Below, one piece after another: positions 16,489-25,800 of a stretch of DNA of 64,000 bases. Position 1 is the stretch's first letter; each line of letters starts with the position of its first letter. This DNA comes from a virus (lineage: Duplodnaviria; Caudoviricetes). The stretch covers positions 1 to 64,000 of the IMG/VR virus record IMGVR_UViG_2706795941_000001; one strand, given 5' to 3'. The notes beneath the pieces were generated by a model. That model searched no databases. It saw only the letters and a program-made list of their open reading frames with translations, and was not told the DNA's origin. Position numbers and translations under genes: made by a program.

Positions 16489-16956
16489 ATGGCTGACTTC
16501 GTGAGTGGTCGCGAGGACTACGCGACTCACGGCAAGCGACAGATCCTCCGGCACGCGCAGCCCGGTTCCTACAACGTCCAGCCCAAGACCATCTCGCACG
16601 CCGCGTTCCCCACAGAGGAGATCGACGGCCACGAGCAGAAGGTCCTGAACGAGGGCGAGGTGCTGGTGGCACTGACCTCCGGCCCGCAGGCGGGCAAGTG
16701 CGTTCCTTTCCAGCTCGATCCGGCAACCCCGTTCACCGACGGTCGCTCTACGCTGGCCAACGTCGTCGGCGTGTGCAAGGACTACTTCGGCGCGCAGCTG
16801 ATGGATCGAGATGTCGAGGCCGGCAACCTCGTTCACGGGCACCTGGTGCAGGCCTGGTGCACGATCCGCAATGCGGACGGCGAGCGGGTGACGTTGCCCA
16901 ACAACGTCGCCGATGCGCTGCGCGACAAGAAGAACCTCCAGATCCAGTTCTCGTAA
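16489..16956 (+). CDS. Head decoration protein
   Basis: 155 aa between protease and MCP. Lambda-D-like position and beta-rich sequence. Confidence 0.7.
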   Translation: MADFVSGREDYATHGKRQILRHAQPGSYNVQPKTISHAAFPTEEIDGHEQKVLNEGEVLVALTSGPQAGKCVPFQLDPATPFTDGRSTLANVVGVCKDYFGAQLMDRDVEAGNLVHGHLVQAWCTIRNADGERVTLPNNVADALRDKKNLQIQFS

Positions 16957-16968
16957 GGAGAGACGACC

Positions 16969-18183
16969 GTGACCTTCCAAATGTCGGCATTCAACAAGCC
17001 GACCACACTCCCCGACGGGCGCTTCGTCGTCAATCAGCCGCTGGATCGACTCGTCCGCAAGGAGGTGATGCTCGGTGTCATCCGCGAGATCGTCAAGCCC
17101 GAGGATCACATCGGACTCCAGCTGTTCCCCTTCTACAACGTGCCGAGCGATGACTACATCTTCTCGTACGTCAAGGGTTTGACCACCGGCCTGGCCCCGG
17201 CCATCTCCGAGTCGGCCGAATCGGAACTCGCCCAGAAGGATTCGGGCTTGTCCGGACAGGGCCGCGCGTCGCTCATCGACTGGCGGCTCAAGGATCACTA
17301 CGACGCAGCCGATGTGCAGCGGTTCGTGGACATCCAGATGCTCGCCGAGTCCGGCGCGCTCGGCCCCGGCGGTCTGCCCAGCTCGCTGCAGGGTGACCTC
17401 AACCAGTTCCCCGAGCGGGTCGCACGAGACACCGTCGAGCGTCGGCGTCGCCTCGACAACCGAATGGAATGGCTGCACATGCAGTCCATCTCCAACGGCG
17501 GCGTCGCTTACAACGATGGCAACATCAGTTTCGCCGTCGACTGGAAGCGTCCCGCCGACCAGCACGCCCAGGCGCCGCTGGCCTCGCCGGACAACCGCTA
17601 CGACACCGACACGCATGACCCGATCAACGACATCAACAAGATCAAGCGACTCATGTATGACCGCTACGGCGTCATCATGGACCGCGCGATCTGCTCGAAC
17701 AAGTTCCTGTTGTCTCTGATCAACTCGAGCAAGTTCATCGTCCGTGCGGGTATGGGAGTCGCCGGCTCGACCGGAGCACCCGAGGCATCGGACCTGCCCT
17801 ACGTCGTCAACAACTGGGGACCGCAGGTCGCCATCGACCTCGTCAAGGCGCAGACCGGCATCGAGTTCATCGAGTACGACTCGGGCTACCGCAGCAAGAA
17901 CCCGTTCGATCCCTACGGCGCGGTGACCTTCAACCGCTACCTGCCGGAGAACCGGGTCATCTTCCTGCCGTCCGAGGCCAGCATCCGCGAGTTCGATTCG
18001 AGCCCGATCGGGTTCGGCAAGATGATGACCTCGCCGCACACCATGGGCAACAACGCGCCCGGCTTCTACGACTGGGAGCAGGAGACCACCGATCCCTGGG
18101 GCCGCAACATCGGCACCGGCATCAAGGCCTTCCCGCTGTTCCCGCACATGGAGCTGTCCTACACCATGGACGTGGTTCTGTAA
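16969..18183 (+). CDS. Major capsid protein (HK97 fold, gpE-like)
   Basis: 404 aa, very strong C/G3 codon bias, AAGGAG RBS, synteny. Confidence 0.88.
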   Translation: MTFQMSAFNKPTTLPDGRFVVNQPLDRLVRKEVMLGVIREIVKPEDHIGLQLFPFYNVPSDDYIFSYVKGLTTGLAPAISESAESELAQKDSGLSGQGRASLIDWRLKDHYDAADVQRFVDIQMLAESGALGPGGLPSSLQGDLNQFPERVARDTVERRRRLDNRMEWLHMQSISNGGVAYNDGNISFAVDWKRPADQHAQAPLASPDNRYDTDTHDPINDINKIKRLMYDRYGVIMDRAICSNKFLLSLINSSKFIVRAGMGVAGSTGAPEASDLPYVVNNWGPQVAIDLVKAQTGIEFIEYDSGYRSKNPFDPYGAVTFNRYLPENRVIFLPSEASIREFDSSPIGFGKMMTSPHTMGNNAPGFYDWEQETTDPWGRNIGTGIKAFPLFPHMELSYTMDVVL

Positions 18184-18220
18184 TCTTTCCGGAGACGTTC
18201 GGAAGGGAAGGAGATCGGAC

Positions 18221-18412
18221 ATGGCCAGCGGAAGCACGGTCGTTCTGAAGAAGAAGGGTGATCGGGGTGGGGTGAACCCCGGCAGCGGAAACGGTGCCGG
18301 GAAGCTTCCCTACAACGCGATCACCGGCGGTCAGTCCGGAGCGAATCCGGTCCAGACCCGAGCCAACATGCAGGGCCACCTGCGTCGCGTGATCGGGTAC
18401 GGTCAGCACTGA
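18221..18412 (+). CDS. Small Gly-rich protein
   Basis: AAGGAG RBS and strong codon bias. Confidence 0.65.
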   Translation: MASGSTVVLKKKGDRGGVNPGSGNGAGKLPYNAITGGQSGANPVQTRANMQGHLRRVIGYGQH

Positions 18413-18420
18413 CCCCCATT

Positions 18421-18465
18421 CGTCCCTGGCACGGGCTGATCCCCTTGCCGCCCGTGCCAGGGACG
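18421..18465 (+). terminator. 16-bp perfect hairpin (terminator or mRNA stabiliser)
   Basis: CGTCCCTGGCACGGGC / GCCCGTGCCAGGGACG with a 13-nt loop. No U-tract. Confidence 0.6.
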
Positions 18466-18499
18466 CACCACACTTCGAGCTTTGAGAGGAGGAAACACA

Positions 18500-18790
18500 A
18501 TGGCAGATGACACCAAGTCCGGAGTCCTCGAGGGCGACGAGACCTTCGTCGGCGTCGATCCGATCTATGCGAACGCAGCGGTTGCGACCGATGCCCCGCA
18601 GTATCCGGAGGGCGACCCCGACGAGCTCGAGAAGTACGAACGCTTCAGCGAGGTGCCGGAACCGGAGACGGTCAGCAACTACGCCTCGAAGAAGAAGGCC
18701 GAGCCCAAGTCGGAGGCCAAGGAAGAGGAGCCGGTCCAGGAGACCAAGCCCTCGACCCCGCCGCCCCCGCCCGCCGCGCCGCAGAAGTAG
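18500..18790 (+). CDS. Hypothetical protein (acidic, Pro/Lys-rich tail)
   Basis: AGGAGG RBS before ATG 18500. Confidence 0.75.
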   Translation: MADDTKSGVLEGDETFVGVDPIYANAAVATDAPQYPEGDPDELEKYERFSEVPEPETVSNYASKKKAEPKSEAKEEEPVQETKPSTPPPPPAAPQK

Positions 18791-18799
18791 GAGACCAAG

Positions 18800-19300
18800 A
18801 TGGCCCGTCCAGCTTACACCGACGAGGATTCAGTCAAGACCCACCTTCGTAACGTTCGCCTCCAAGCGGGCGTCACATACGAGGGCATGATCGAAGCCGC
18901 GTCAAACGAGGTGGACGGGCATCTTGGTACCCGATACAAGACCCCCATCGACGTCGAGGTCTCGGACCCAACCCAGACCACCGCCGCCTACTGGCTGAGT
19001 AACGTCACCTCCATGATCGCAGCAGGTCGCTACCTCATGGCGACCAGCGCGGGTGGATCGCACGACTCAACTCACAACTATGGCAGCTACCTCGTCGGTA
19101 CTGCCATGGCACTCATTCGCTCCGTCCAGAGTGGCAAGACAGATCTTTCCGGGATCGAGTCACTCGAGGGCGTTGAAGCTGGTCCAATGATTCTCAACCA
19201 AGACGCATACTCGCAGGTCGATCTCTTCTACGACAACATGCACCCGGAAGGTTTCATGCCAGGTCGAATGACTCGGGGTGACACGCCGTGGCCGAGATAA
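18800..19300 (+). CDS. Head-to-tail adaptor (Mu gp36-like)
   Basis: AASNEVDGHLGTRYKTPI motif. Synteny. Confidence 0.7.
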   Translation: MARPAYTDEDSVKTHLRNVRLQAGVTYEGMIEAASNEVDGHLGTRYKTPIDVEVSDPTQTTAAYWLSNVTSMIAAGRYLMATSAGGSHDSTHNYGSYLVGTAMALIRSVQSGKTDLSGIESLEGVEAGPMILNQDAYSQVDLFYDNMHPEGFMPGRMTRGDTPWPR

Positions 19301-19803
19301 GCTACACCGTAGACACGAAGCGAGTTCAGCTTCGTGTCCGCGCAATCGAGCAGCGTATCAACGCCTCGGGTATGGCAGCGTTCTTCATGAGTGTGGGAAC
19401 CAACTACCTTCAGGGTCGCGCGGGTGCGCGGTTCGCTAAAGGTGGCGACGACGCTTCGGGCAAGTGGCAGCCACTGTCTCCGCACACGATCCGAGACAAG
19501 GTCCAGGGTGGACTCGATCCTCGAATCAATATTCGCACAGGCGCGATGAAGGCTTACCTCGAGAACGCGCCAGGCTACATCATTGGCGGCGGCGCGAAGG
19601 GAACTTCGTTCGGCTGGCCTCGTGCATCTCCTTCTAAAGATATTCAGGACAGGATTCGACTGGCGCAGTTCGGTAGTGCAGCGCTCGGTATTGATCGAGG
19701 AGACGTGGCACGAGATGTGCCTGCACGCCCGGTGATTGCAGCAGATGCAAGCGACATGCTGACCCTCGCCAAACTCCTGGATGCATACATCGGGAGTAAG
19801 TGA
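19288..19803 (+). CDS. Neck/tail completion protein (Mu gpG-like)
   Basis: RFAKGGD..GKWQPLSP.T...K motif and final RPVI motif. Confidence 0.7.
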   Translation: MAEISYTVDTKRVQLRVRAIEQRINASGMAAFFMSVGTNYLQGRAGARFAKGGDDASGKWQPLSPHTIRDKVQGGLDPRINIRTGAMKAYLENAPGYIIGGGAKGTSFGWPRASPSKDIQDRIRLAQFGSAALGIDRGDVARDVPARPVIAADASDMLTLAKLLDAYIGSK

Positions 19804-20294
19804 TGCCTTCAATCGAAGACCCCGGGGATACCTTTTTTCCTTATAACGCGATCAGGGTTATCGAGCTTCGCATCGCCGATCTCGTCGCCCCAGACTTGAA
19901 CTTTCAGCGTCGTCGTGTACACGTCGGTGATCCCGACCAGACGGTTGCCACTGTCCCGGTCGATGCCCAGGTTTCCAACAGGGAGATCGGACGTGTCGGA
20001 CCTTCGACAACTGAGTATACGATCTACATTCAGAGCCTCATCATTGATTCGGACATCGAGCGGGGTTTGAGAACCCATTCGTTTTTCGCAAAGAAGTTGA
20101 GGGATGTGCTTGCATGGGATCGTCTCCTGCATGTAGCATTGGGCCAATTGACCTCAGTGATGGGTCCAGTGACAGAGTCGACCACTGAGGTCAGGATCGG
20201 CGGCCAGCTGTTCCACAACGTCGAGGACGATGGCAACATGTACTGGCTCAGTACAGCGGACTTGACAATCATCACCGAACAGAGATCAAGCTAA
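19800..20294 (+). CDS. Tail terminator
   Basis: 164 aa, position before the tail tube gene. Confidence 0.55.
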   Translation: MMPSIEDPGDTFFPYNAIRVIELRIADLVAPDLNFQRRRVHVGDPDQTVATVPVDAQVSNREIGRVGPSTTEYTIYIQSLIIDSDIERGLRTHSFFAKKLRDVLAWDRLLHVALGQLTSVMGPVTESTTEVRIGGQLFHNVEDDGNMYWLSTADLTIITEQRSS

Positions 20295-20307
20295 CAAAGG
20301 GAGAATC

Positions 20308-20736
20308 ATGCCCAGCGTAGACGAACTGCGGGAACAGGTTCGGGCACGTCGCCAGGAACTTCGTGACGCAACGCGGGAGCGCCAGGAGCTCGAAATCGAG
20401 AAGTCCGCCGACGTTCAGAAGGCGGCACTCGAACGCGAACTCGCATCGCTCGAGACCGACATCGCGTACGAGGAAGCGGCCAAGATCCTCATTGAGCGCG
20501 CCGACGAGTTCAACAAGCCCGCCTCCGACGTGGCGGTCGGAGGCATGGAGCCCAAGGGCTCGCCCGCCTCGGCCAAGCCCGCCGACAGCGCTCCGGCCAC
20601 CGACAACACTCCTCCCCCGCCGTCGGTGCCGGACAAGACCGACGACACGGACAAGGCCGACGACACGGATCCGCTCGCCAGCCTCAACCTGCCGGGCGAC
20701 TCGTCGGACGACGACGACCAGAAGGAAGGCAAGTAA
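20308..20736 (+). CDS. Hypothetical coiled-coil plus acidic disordered protein
   Basis: AAGGGAG RBS and codon bias. Confidence 0.75.
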   Translation: MPSVDELREQVRARRQELRDATRERQELEIEKSADVQKAALERELASLETDIAYEEAAKILIERADEFNKPASDVAVGGMEPKGSPASAKPADSAPATDNTPPPPSVPDKTDDTDKADDTDPLASLNLPGDSSDDDDQKEGK

Positions 20737-20739
20737 GTC

Positions 20740-21759
20740 ATGGGCTTCAATGCACAGCAAGGCGCCATCGCCTTCAAGACCCAGAGCGCCAAGGGCACTC
20801 CGGCAACCAACATGGCGACCGAAGGTATCGCCATGTATCGTACCGGCGGTTCGCTGAGTCCCAACGTCGAGCTCATGACTCCCGACGCGGAGATCGGCGG
20901 GCACCGGGACACAGTCGACGCGCTGCTCGGCCCCATCTCCAACGGTGGCGACCTCGAGTTCTACACCCGCTTCGAGTCCATCGGCTTTCTCCTGAAGGCT
21001 GCCCTCGGTGCGCCGGTCAGCGCAGCCGGGACCGTGAGCGGAACTCACGAGCACGTCTTCACCCCGTCGGACGCGCAGCTCCTGCCGTTCTTCACCACGT
21101 GGGAGCGCATCGGTGCAGGCCTGCAGCGGGTGCAGTACACCGACTGCGTGGTCAACACCCTCTCGCTCGAGTGCGACCCGGACGGTTACCTCACCGGCTC
21201 GGTCGGCATCATCGGCTGCCGTGCGCTGTACGGCGTGCCGGACATCAACGTCCAGCCGATCCTCGACGAGACGAAGTTCACCGTCGGCTCCAACATCAAG
21301 GTCATGCACGCCGGTGCGGACCTGAAGTCCAAAGGCTTCAGCCTGGAGATCAACAACAACTTCGACGACAGCGACTTCCGTATGGGCTCGCGGTACATCG
21401 AGGATTTGACCCCCGGTCAGCGCGAGGTCACCGGCTCGGTGAATCTGCGGCACGAGAGCGATGCGATCATGCGCTCGGCTGTCCTCGGCTCCGCGGTCGC
21501 CACCACCGCTGGCGGGCTCACCTCCAAGGAGCCGGTCATCATCGAGATCGAGAGCTACGGCGAGATCGACGGCGCAGCGACGCCGACGACCAACCGCCTC
21601 GAGATCGAGTTCCCGAACGTCATCTTCGAACCCTTCGGTTTCGAGCCCTCGGGCGCGGATCAGATCGAGGGTGACGTCTCGTGGCGAGCGGTTCGTCCCG
21701 AGTTCGGCACGCCGGTTCTCACAGCGACGTTGCTGAACGGACTCGCCGCTCTCCCTTGA
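20740..21759 (+). CDS. Major tail (tube) protein
   Basis: 339 aa, beta-rich, strongest codon bias, upstream of chaperone and TMP. Confidence 0.85.
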   Translation: MGFNAQQGAIAFKTQSAKGTPATNMATEGIAMYRTGGSLSPNVELMTPDAEIGGHRDTVDALLGPISNGGDLEFYTRFESIGFLLKAALGAPVSAAGTVSGTHEHVFTPSDAQLLPFFTTWERIGAGLQRVQYTDCVVNTLSLECDPDGYLTGSVGIIGCRALYGVPDINVQPILDETKFTVGSNIKVMHAGADLKSKGFSLEINNNFDDSDFRMGSRYIEDLTPGQREVTGSVNLRHESDAIMRSAVLGSAVATTAGGLTSKEPVIIEIESYGEIDGAATPTTNRLEIEFPNVIFEPFGFEPSGADQIEGDVSWRAVRPEFGTPVLTATLLNGLAALP

Positions 21760-21784
21760 TCTTTTCCGGTGCCTCCGGGAAAGT

Positions 21785-21828
21785 CCGGTCCCGAGTTCCT
21801 TGCCAGTGGGGACTCGGGACCGGTTTAT
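21785..21828 (+). terminator. Intrinsic terminator after major tail gene
   Basis: CCGGTCCCGAGT / ACTCGGGACCGG stem followed by TTTAT. Confidence 0.7.
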
Positions 21829-21862
21829 AAATGTCAGTAGATAGCCACAGGAAGGGCTCACA

Positions 21863-22462
21863 ATGACAGTTCCAGTTCCGACTTCGCAGGCTGATCGCAC
21901 CGCGTTCGATCCCGAAGACGACAAGACACAGCGGACCATCGACCGCATGGCCGAGGCCGGCGAGGTGATCGAAGAGAAGCGCTTCATCGACTACTTCGCC
22001 GAACCCGAGACCCACCTCCACAAGCTGCCCGACGGCGTCCAGTGGTTCGAGTTCCAGGAACTCCGCGAGGGCGGCAAGGCCAAGTACGAGAAGATCATCA
22101 ACCGCGAGGGCATAAAGGTCCAGCGCGCCACGGGTGACGCTCGACTTCCGATCGACCCAGCGATCGCGCGGCATACGCTGATTCAGCTCGCCGTCACGAA
22201 CGCCTACATCATCACCACCCAGAACGGTCGACCCGAGCCGTTGCAGTTCCGCATGGGGCCGAACGAGAAGAACACCCGCTTCTGGGAGACCGTCCTCGAG
22301 AAGTTCCCGTCGAACCTCATCGACGAACTCCACAAGGAGGTCCAGAAGGTCAACCGCTGGATCGCCGCGGACGACGACATCGAGGGTCTCGAGAAGCAGC
22401 GTGATGAGCTCGACGAGCGTATTCGCATGGCCCGGGAGGAAGAGGCAAAAAAGGACTCCTGA
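21863..22462 (+). CDS. Tail assembly chaperone (G)
   Basis: Between tail tube and TMP. Ends with a slippery site. Confidence 0.85.
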   Translation: MTVPVPTSQADRTAFDPEDDKTQRTIDRMAEAGEVIEEKRFIDYFAEPETHLHKLPDGVQWFEFQELREGGKAKYEKIINREGIKVQRATGDARLPIDPAIARHTLIQLAVTNAYIITTQNGRPEPLQFRMGPNEKNTRFWETVLEKFPSNLIDELHKEVQKVNRWIAADDDIEGLEKQRDELDERIRMAREEEAKKDS

Positions 22463-22746
22463 TCGAGCAGGCGGAGGACTTCGTACGGGGCCGTCAGGTC
22501 CAGAACCCTCACCCTATTCTCCTGATCTACCAGAGACTGGAGACATGGAACTGGAATCTTCCGTACGTTCAGGGTGGCCTCGCCGATCAGGACGTGATGC
22601 TCCTTCGTGGCATTGACATAATCGCTTCTGCGAAAGCAAGGTTCGAGCGCGAAGAACAGAAGCGACAAGAGGCAGCAACAAAGACGAAGAACCCTACCGC
22701 CTCTAAGGGTACCCGCCCCGCAGGGCGGCGCGGTCGTCGTCGATAA
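21863..22746 (+). CDS. Tail assembly chaperone GT (-1 frameshift product)
   Basis: In-frame A AAA AAG at 22447-22453. The -1 frame is open to TAA 22744-22746 and encodes LPYVQGGLADQ. Confidence 0.8.
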
Positions 22747-22765
22747 CTCGCAGCGAGGGTAGTGC

Positions 22766-22794
22766 TTGATTGCACTGCCCTCGCTGTGTATTAT
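22766..22794 (+). promoter_or_regulatory. SigA-type promoter upstream of TMP
   Basis: TTGATT-17-TATTAT. Confidence 0.55.
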
Positions 22795-22859
22795 ACCCAG
22801 TCATCCCCTACGGACACTTGAGGTCCACCTGCACAGTACCTTAAGGTCTGGAGTGTTTA

Positions 22860-25800
22860 GTGCTTACTACTGATATGATCATCGCGATTCACGCGAGGAC
22901 AGCTCAGGCGCAGCGTCAGCTGGCACAGATGCAGGGGCAGCTCAAGGCACTCGAACGCGCTGGCATAGACTCAACCAACTCGGTGGGTCGCTCCGTCAAT
23001 GGTCTCGATCGAACCAGTGAACGGGCACGCGCGAACTCGAACAAGCCCTGGTTCTCGCAGATGCGAGCGAGTGGTTCTCAGATTCAATGGGTAGGCAGGC
23101 AGATGTCTGTCGGCCTGACTCTGCCATTGATCGGCGCGATGGCAATGGGTACCAAGTTCGCTCTCGACTTCGAGAAGAACATGACCCGTGTGTCCAAGGT
23201 CTATGGTGACTCTGCGCTGGAGATCTCTCTCGGCAGCAAGGGCATGCAAGAGGAAGTCGACGCCCTGGGCCGCGCGTTCGTGGAGCTTGGAAACAAGTAC
23301 GGGCAGAGCGCCTCCGATGTAGCGGAGATCGGCTCCTCCTGGGCGGCTGCCGGTAGCTCGGGTCGCGCACTCGCGAAGCAGACCGAGCTCACCATGCAGA
23401 CCATGGTACTCGGCGAGATGACAGCAGCCGAGGCAACGGAAGCGCTCATCTCGATCCAGGCCCAGTGGGGTGTGGTCACCGAGTCCAACCAGGACAAGAT
23501 CGAGGCTGCAGGTGGTGCGGTTAGGAACCGCGCCAAGGATGAGATGAGTCTCACCAATATCCTGCGCCAGCTGAACGCGGTCGAGAACGAGACCGGCGCC
23601 AGAATGCAGGACCTCGTCAAGGGTTACCAGCGCGCATCGGGCACCGCCCGGTCGGCAGGCGTAGAAACTGGCGAGCTTGCTGCAATGATCGCGGCGTTGG
23701 TGCCCGCCGCCGGTGGTGCCGCCGAAGCAGGAACCGCCCTGCGTACCATGCTCAACCGCGTGATGACCCCGATGAACGACGCCAAGGAAGTCTTGGCGAT
23801 TATGAACATCGACGTCACAAAGTCTGCGTGGGTTACCAAGTCTGCGACCGAGCGCCTTCAGGAGATGGCGAACAGCTTCCACAAGTTGACTGGCCCTCAA
23901 CAGCAGTGGCTCGGCTTCGTGATCGCCGGTCGCTGGCACGTCAACCGCTTCATGATCTTGATGAACGCGATGGCGAACGCCAACAGCTACTACGGCAAGA
24001 CTCTCAAGACGCTTGGAGAACAGGCGCGTGTCACCCGCATCGCAGAGCGAGAGCTCGAAGCTGTTCTGAAGTCGAACCCGCAGCGTATGAAGCAGGCGGG
24101 CGCGATCATCCAGAACTCGCTGATGAAGGCTATGATCCCGCTTGTTCCGATGATCACGCAGGTCGCACTGTGGTTTGGCAAGCTGGCGAACGCCTTCGCG
24201 GAGATACCTCCGCACATCAGGACGACTATCCTCGCCGTCGCCCTCTTCCTGGGTGTGCTCGGCCCACTGATCATCTTCCTTGGAATGATCAAGCTCTCGA
24301 TCGGCATGCTCGCACCTGCGTTCATCGCCATGGCGAAGTTCGTTCTGCTGCCACTCAAGCCCTTCATGATGATGTTCGCCCTCGTAGGCAAGGGTTTGAC
24401 TGCGCTGCCTATCGCTGCGATCGCCTCGGCCAGGGGTATGCTGCTCGGCTTCATGTTTATGATCAAGAGTGTTGCCATGGTCGGCGCTGCCGTCGGCATG
24501 GTCGCTCCGATCGTGTCTACTGCACTGGGCATGGCGGCGACCGCCATCGTGGCCTGGGCTCCGACGGTCGCAGCTCTGCCAGCCATGATCGCGCTTGCGG
24601 TTGGCAAGATCGCGCTCGTTGTCGATGCACTCATGGCACTCATGAGGTTCCGCGTCACCGCCGGAATGGCAGTGATCACCACACTCTTTGCAGCTGGGCC
24701 GATCGCCTGGCGCACAGCTTTGGCGGTCTCGACCGGCGGCATCGCGCTAGTTATGGATGCACTCATGGTGCTCCTGCGCGTGCGACTGGTCGCCTGGTTC
24801 GCTGCAACCAAGGCACTGTTCTTCGCTGGCCCGATCGCCTGGGCTGCGGCAATGCGTACCGGCATGGCAGCTGTGTACGCCTTCATGGTCGCTGGGCTTG
24901 CTGCCAAACTGACAGCTACTCGCGTATGGGCTGTTGCATCTGCGCTGATACATAAGATTCACTGGGCCACGGTTGTAGGTATCGCCAAGGCTGGCATGAT
25001 TGCCCTGGTGACTAATGTTCGCAAGCTCGCGCCACTCCTGCTCAAGGCATTTGCCAGTCCGTGGGTCTTGGCAATCGGCGCAGTCGTTCTTATCCTGACG
25101 CTCTTCAAGGATCAGGTCAAGGTCGCGATCACCAACGTGGTCGACTACTTCCGCAACCTTCCCGCCGGTATCAAGCAGGGCCTCGCCCCGATCGGTCGCA
25201 TGTTCACTGCGATCAAGAACGGTATCCTCAAGGCATTCAACGCACTGCCCGAGGGTATCAAGAACGCAATGCTTGCCGTCATCAACGTGGTCAAGGCCGC
25301 GGCGATGGCAGTGTACCGACTGTTCAGTTACCTGAACCCCTTCGCCCGCCACTCCCCCTCCCTGGTCGAGAACGTCACCAACGGTATGGCAGTGGTGAAC
25401 GATCAGTTCGCCAACAGCGCTCGGGTTGCCGAGTCCAACATCAACCGCATCCACTCTGCAATTAAGTCTCTGCAGGGTGCGGGTGCGGGTATGGTGACTG
25501 CCAACGATCAGGCGAAGGACGCAGAGTTCCGTGGCAATGCGGCCAAGGCCGGTGGCGCTAGTGCCCTGCCTCAGTACGACACACTGAATCGCCAGGTCGC
25601 CGAGAGCAAGCGTGCTCTCGAGTCCATGAACACTGCGATCGAGGCGCAGGAAGCCAAGGTCGAATCGGTTCAGAAGTCGATCAAGCGATACGATCAGACA
25701 ATCAAGGAGATGAACAAGAGCCTGGAGACCACGAAGGCCATCCAGGCCAGCGTGGGTGACGCGCTGGATTCAGCGAAGGCTCGATTCGATCGCTACTCGA

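Noticed and set aside
16468-21987. Long antisense ORFs (15319..16350, 16468..18237, 20272..21987) and similar shadows elsewhere
   Set aside because: They mirror strongly C/G3-biased sense genes, which removes stops on the opposite strand. No motifs or RBS.
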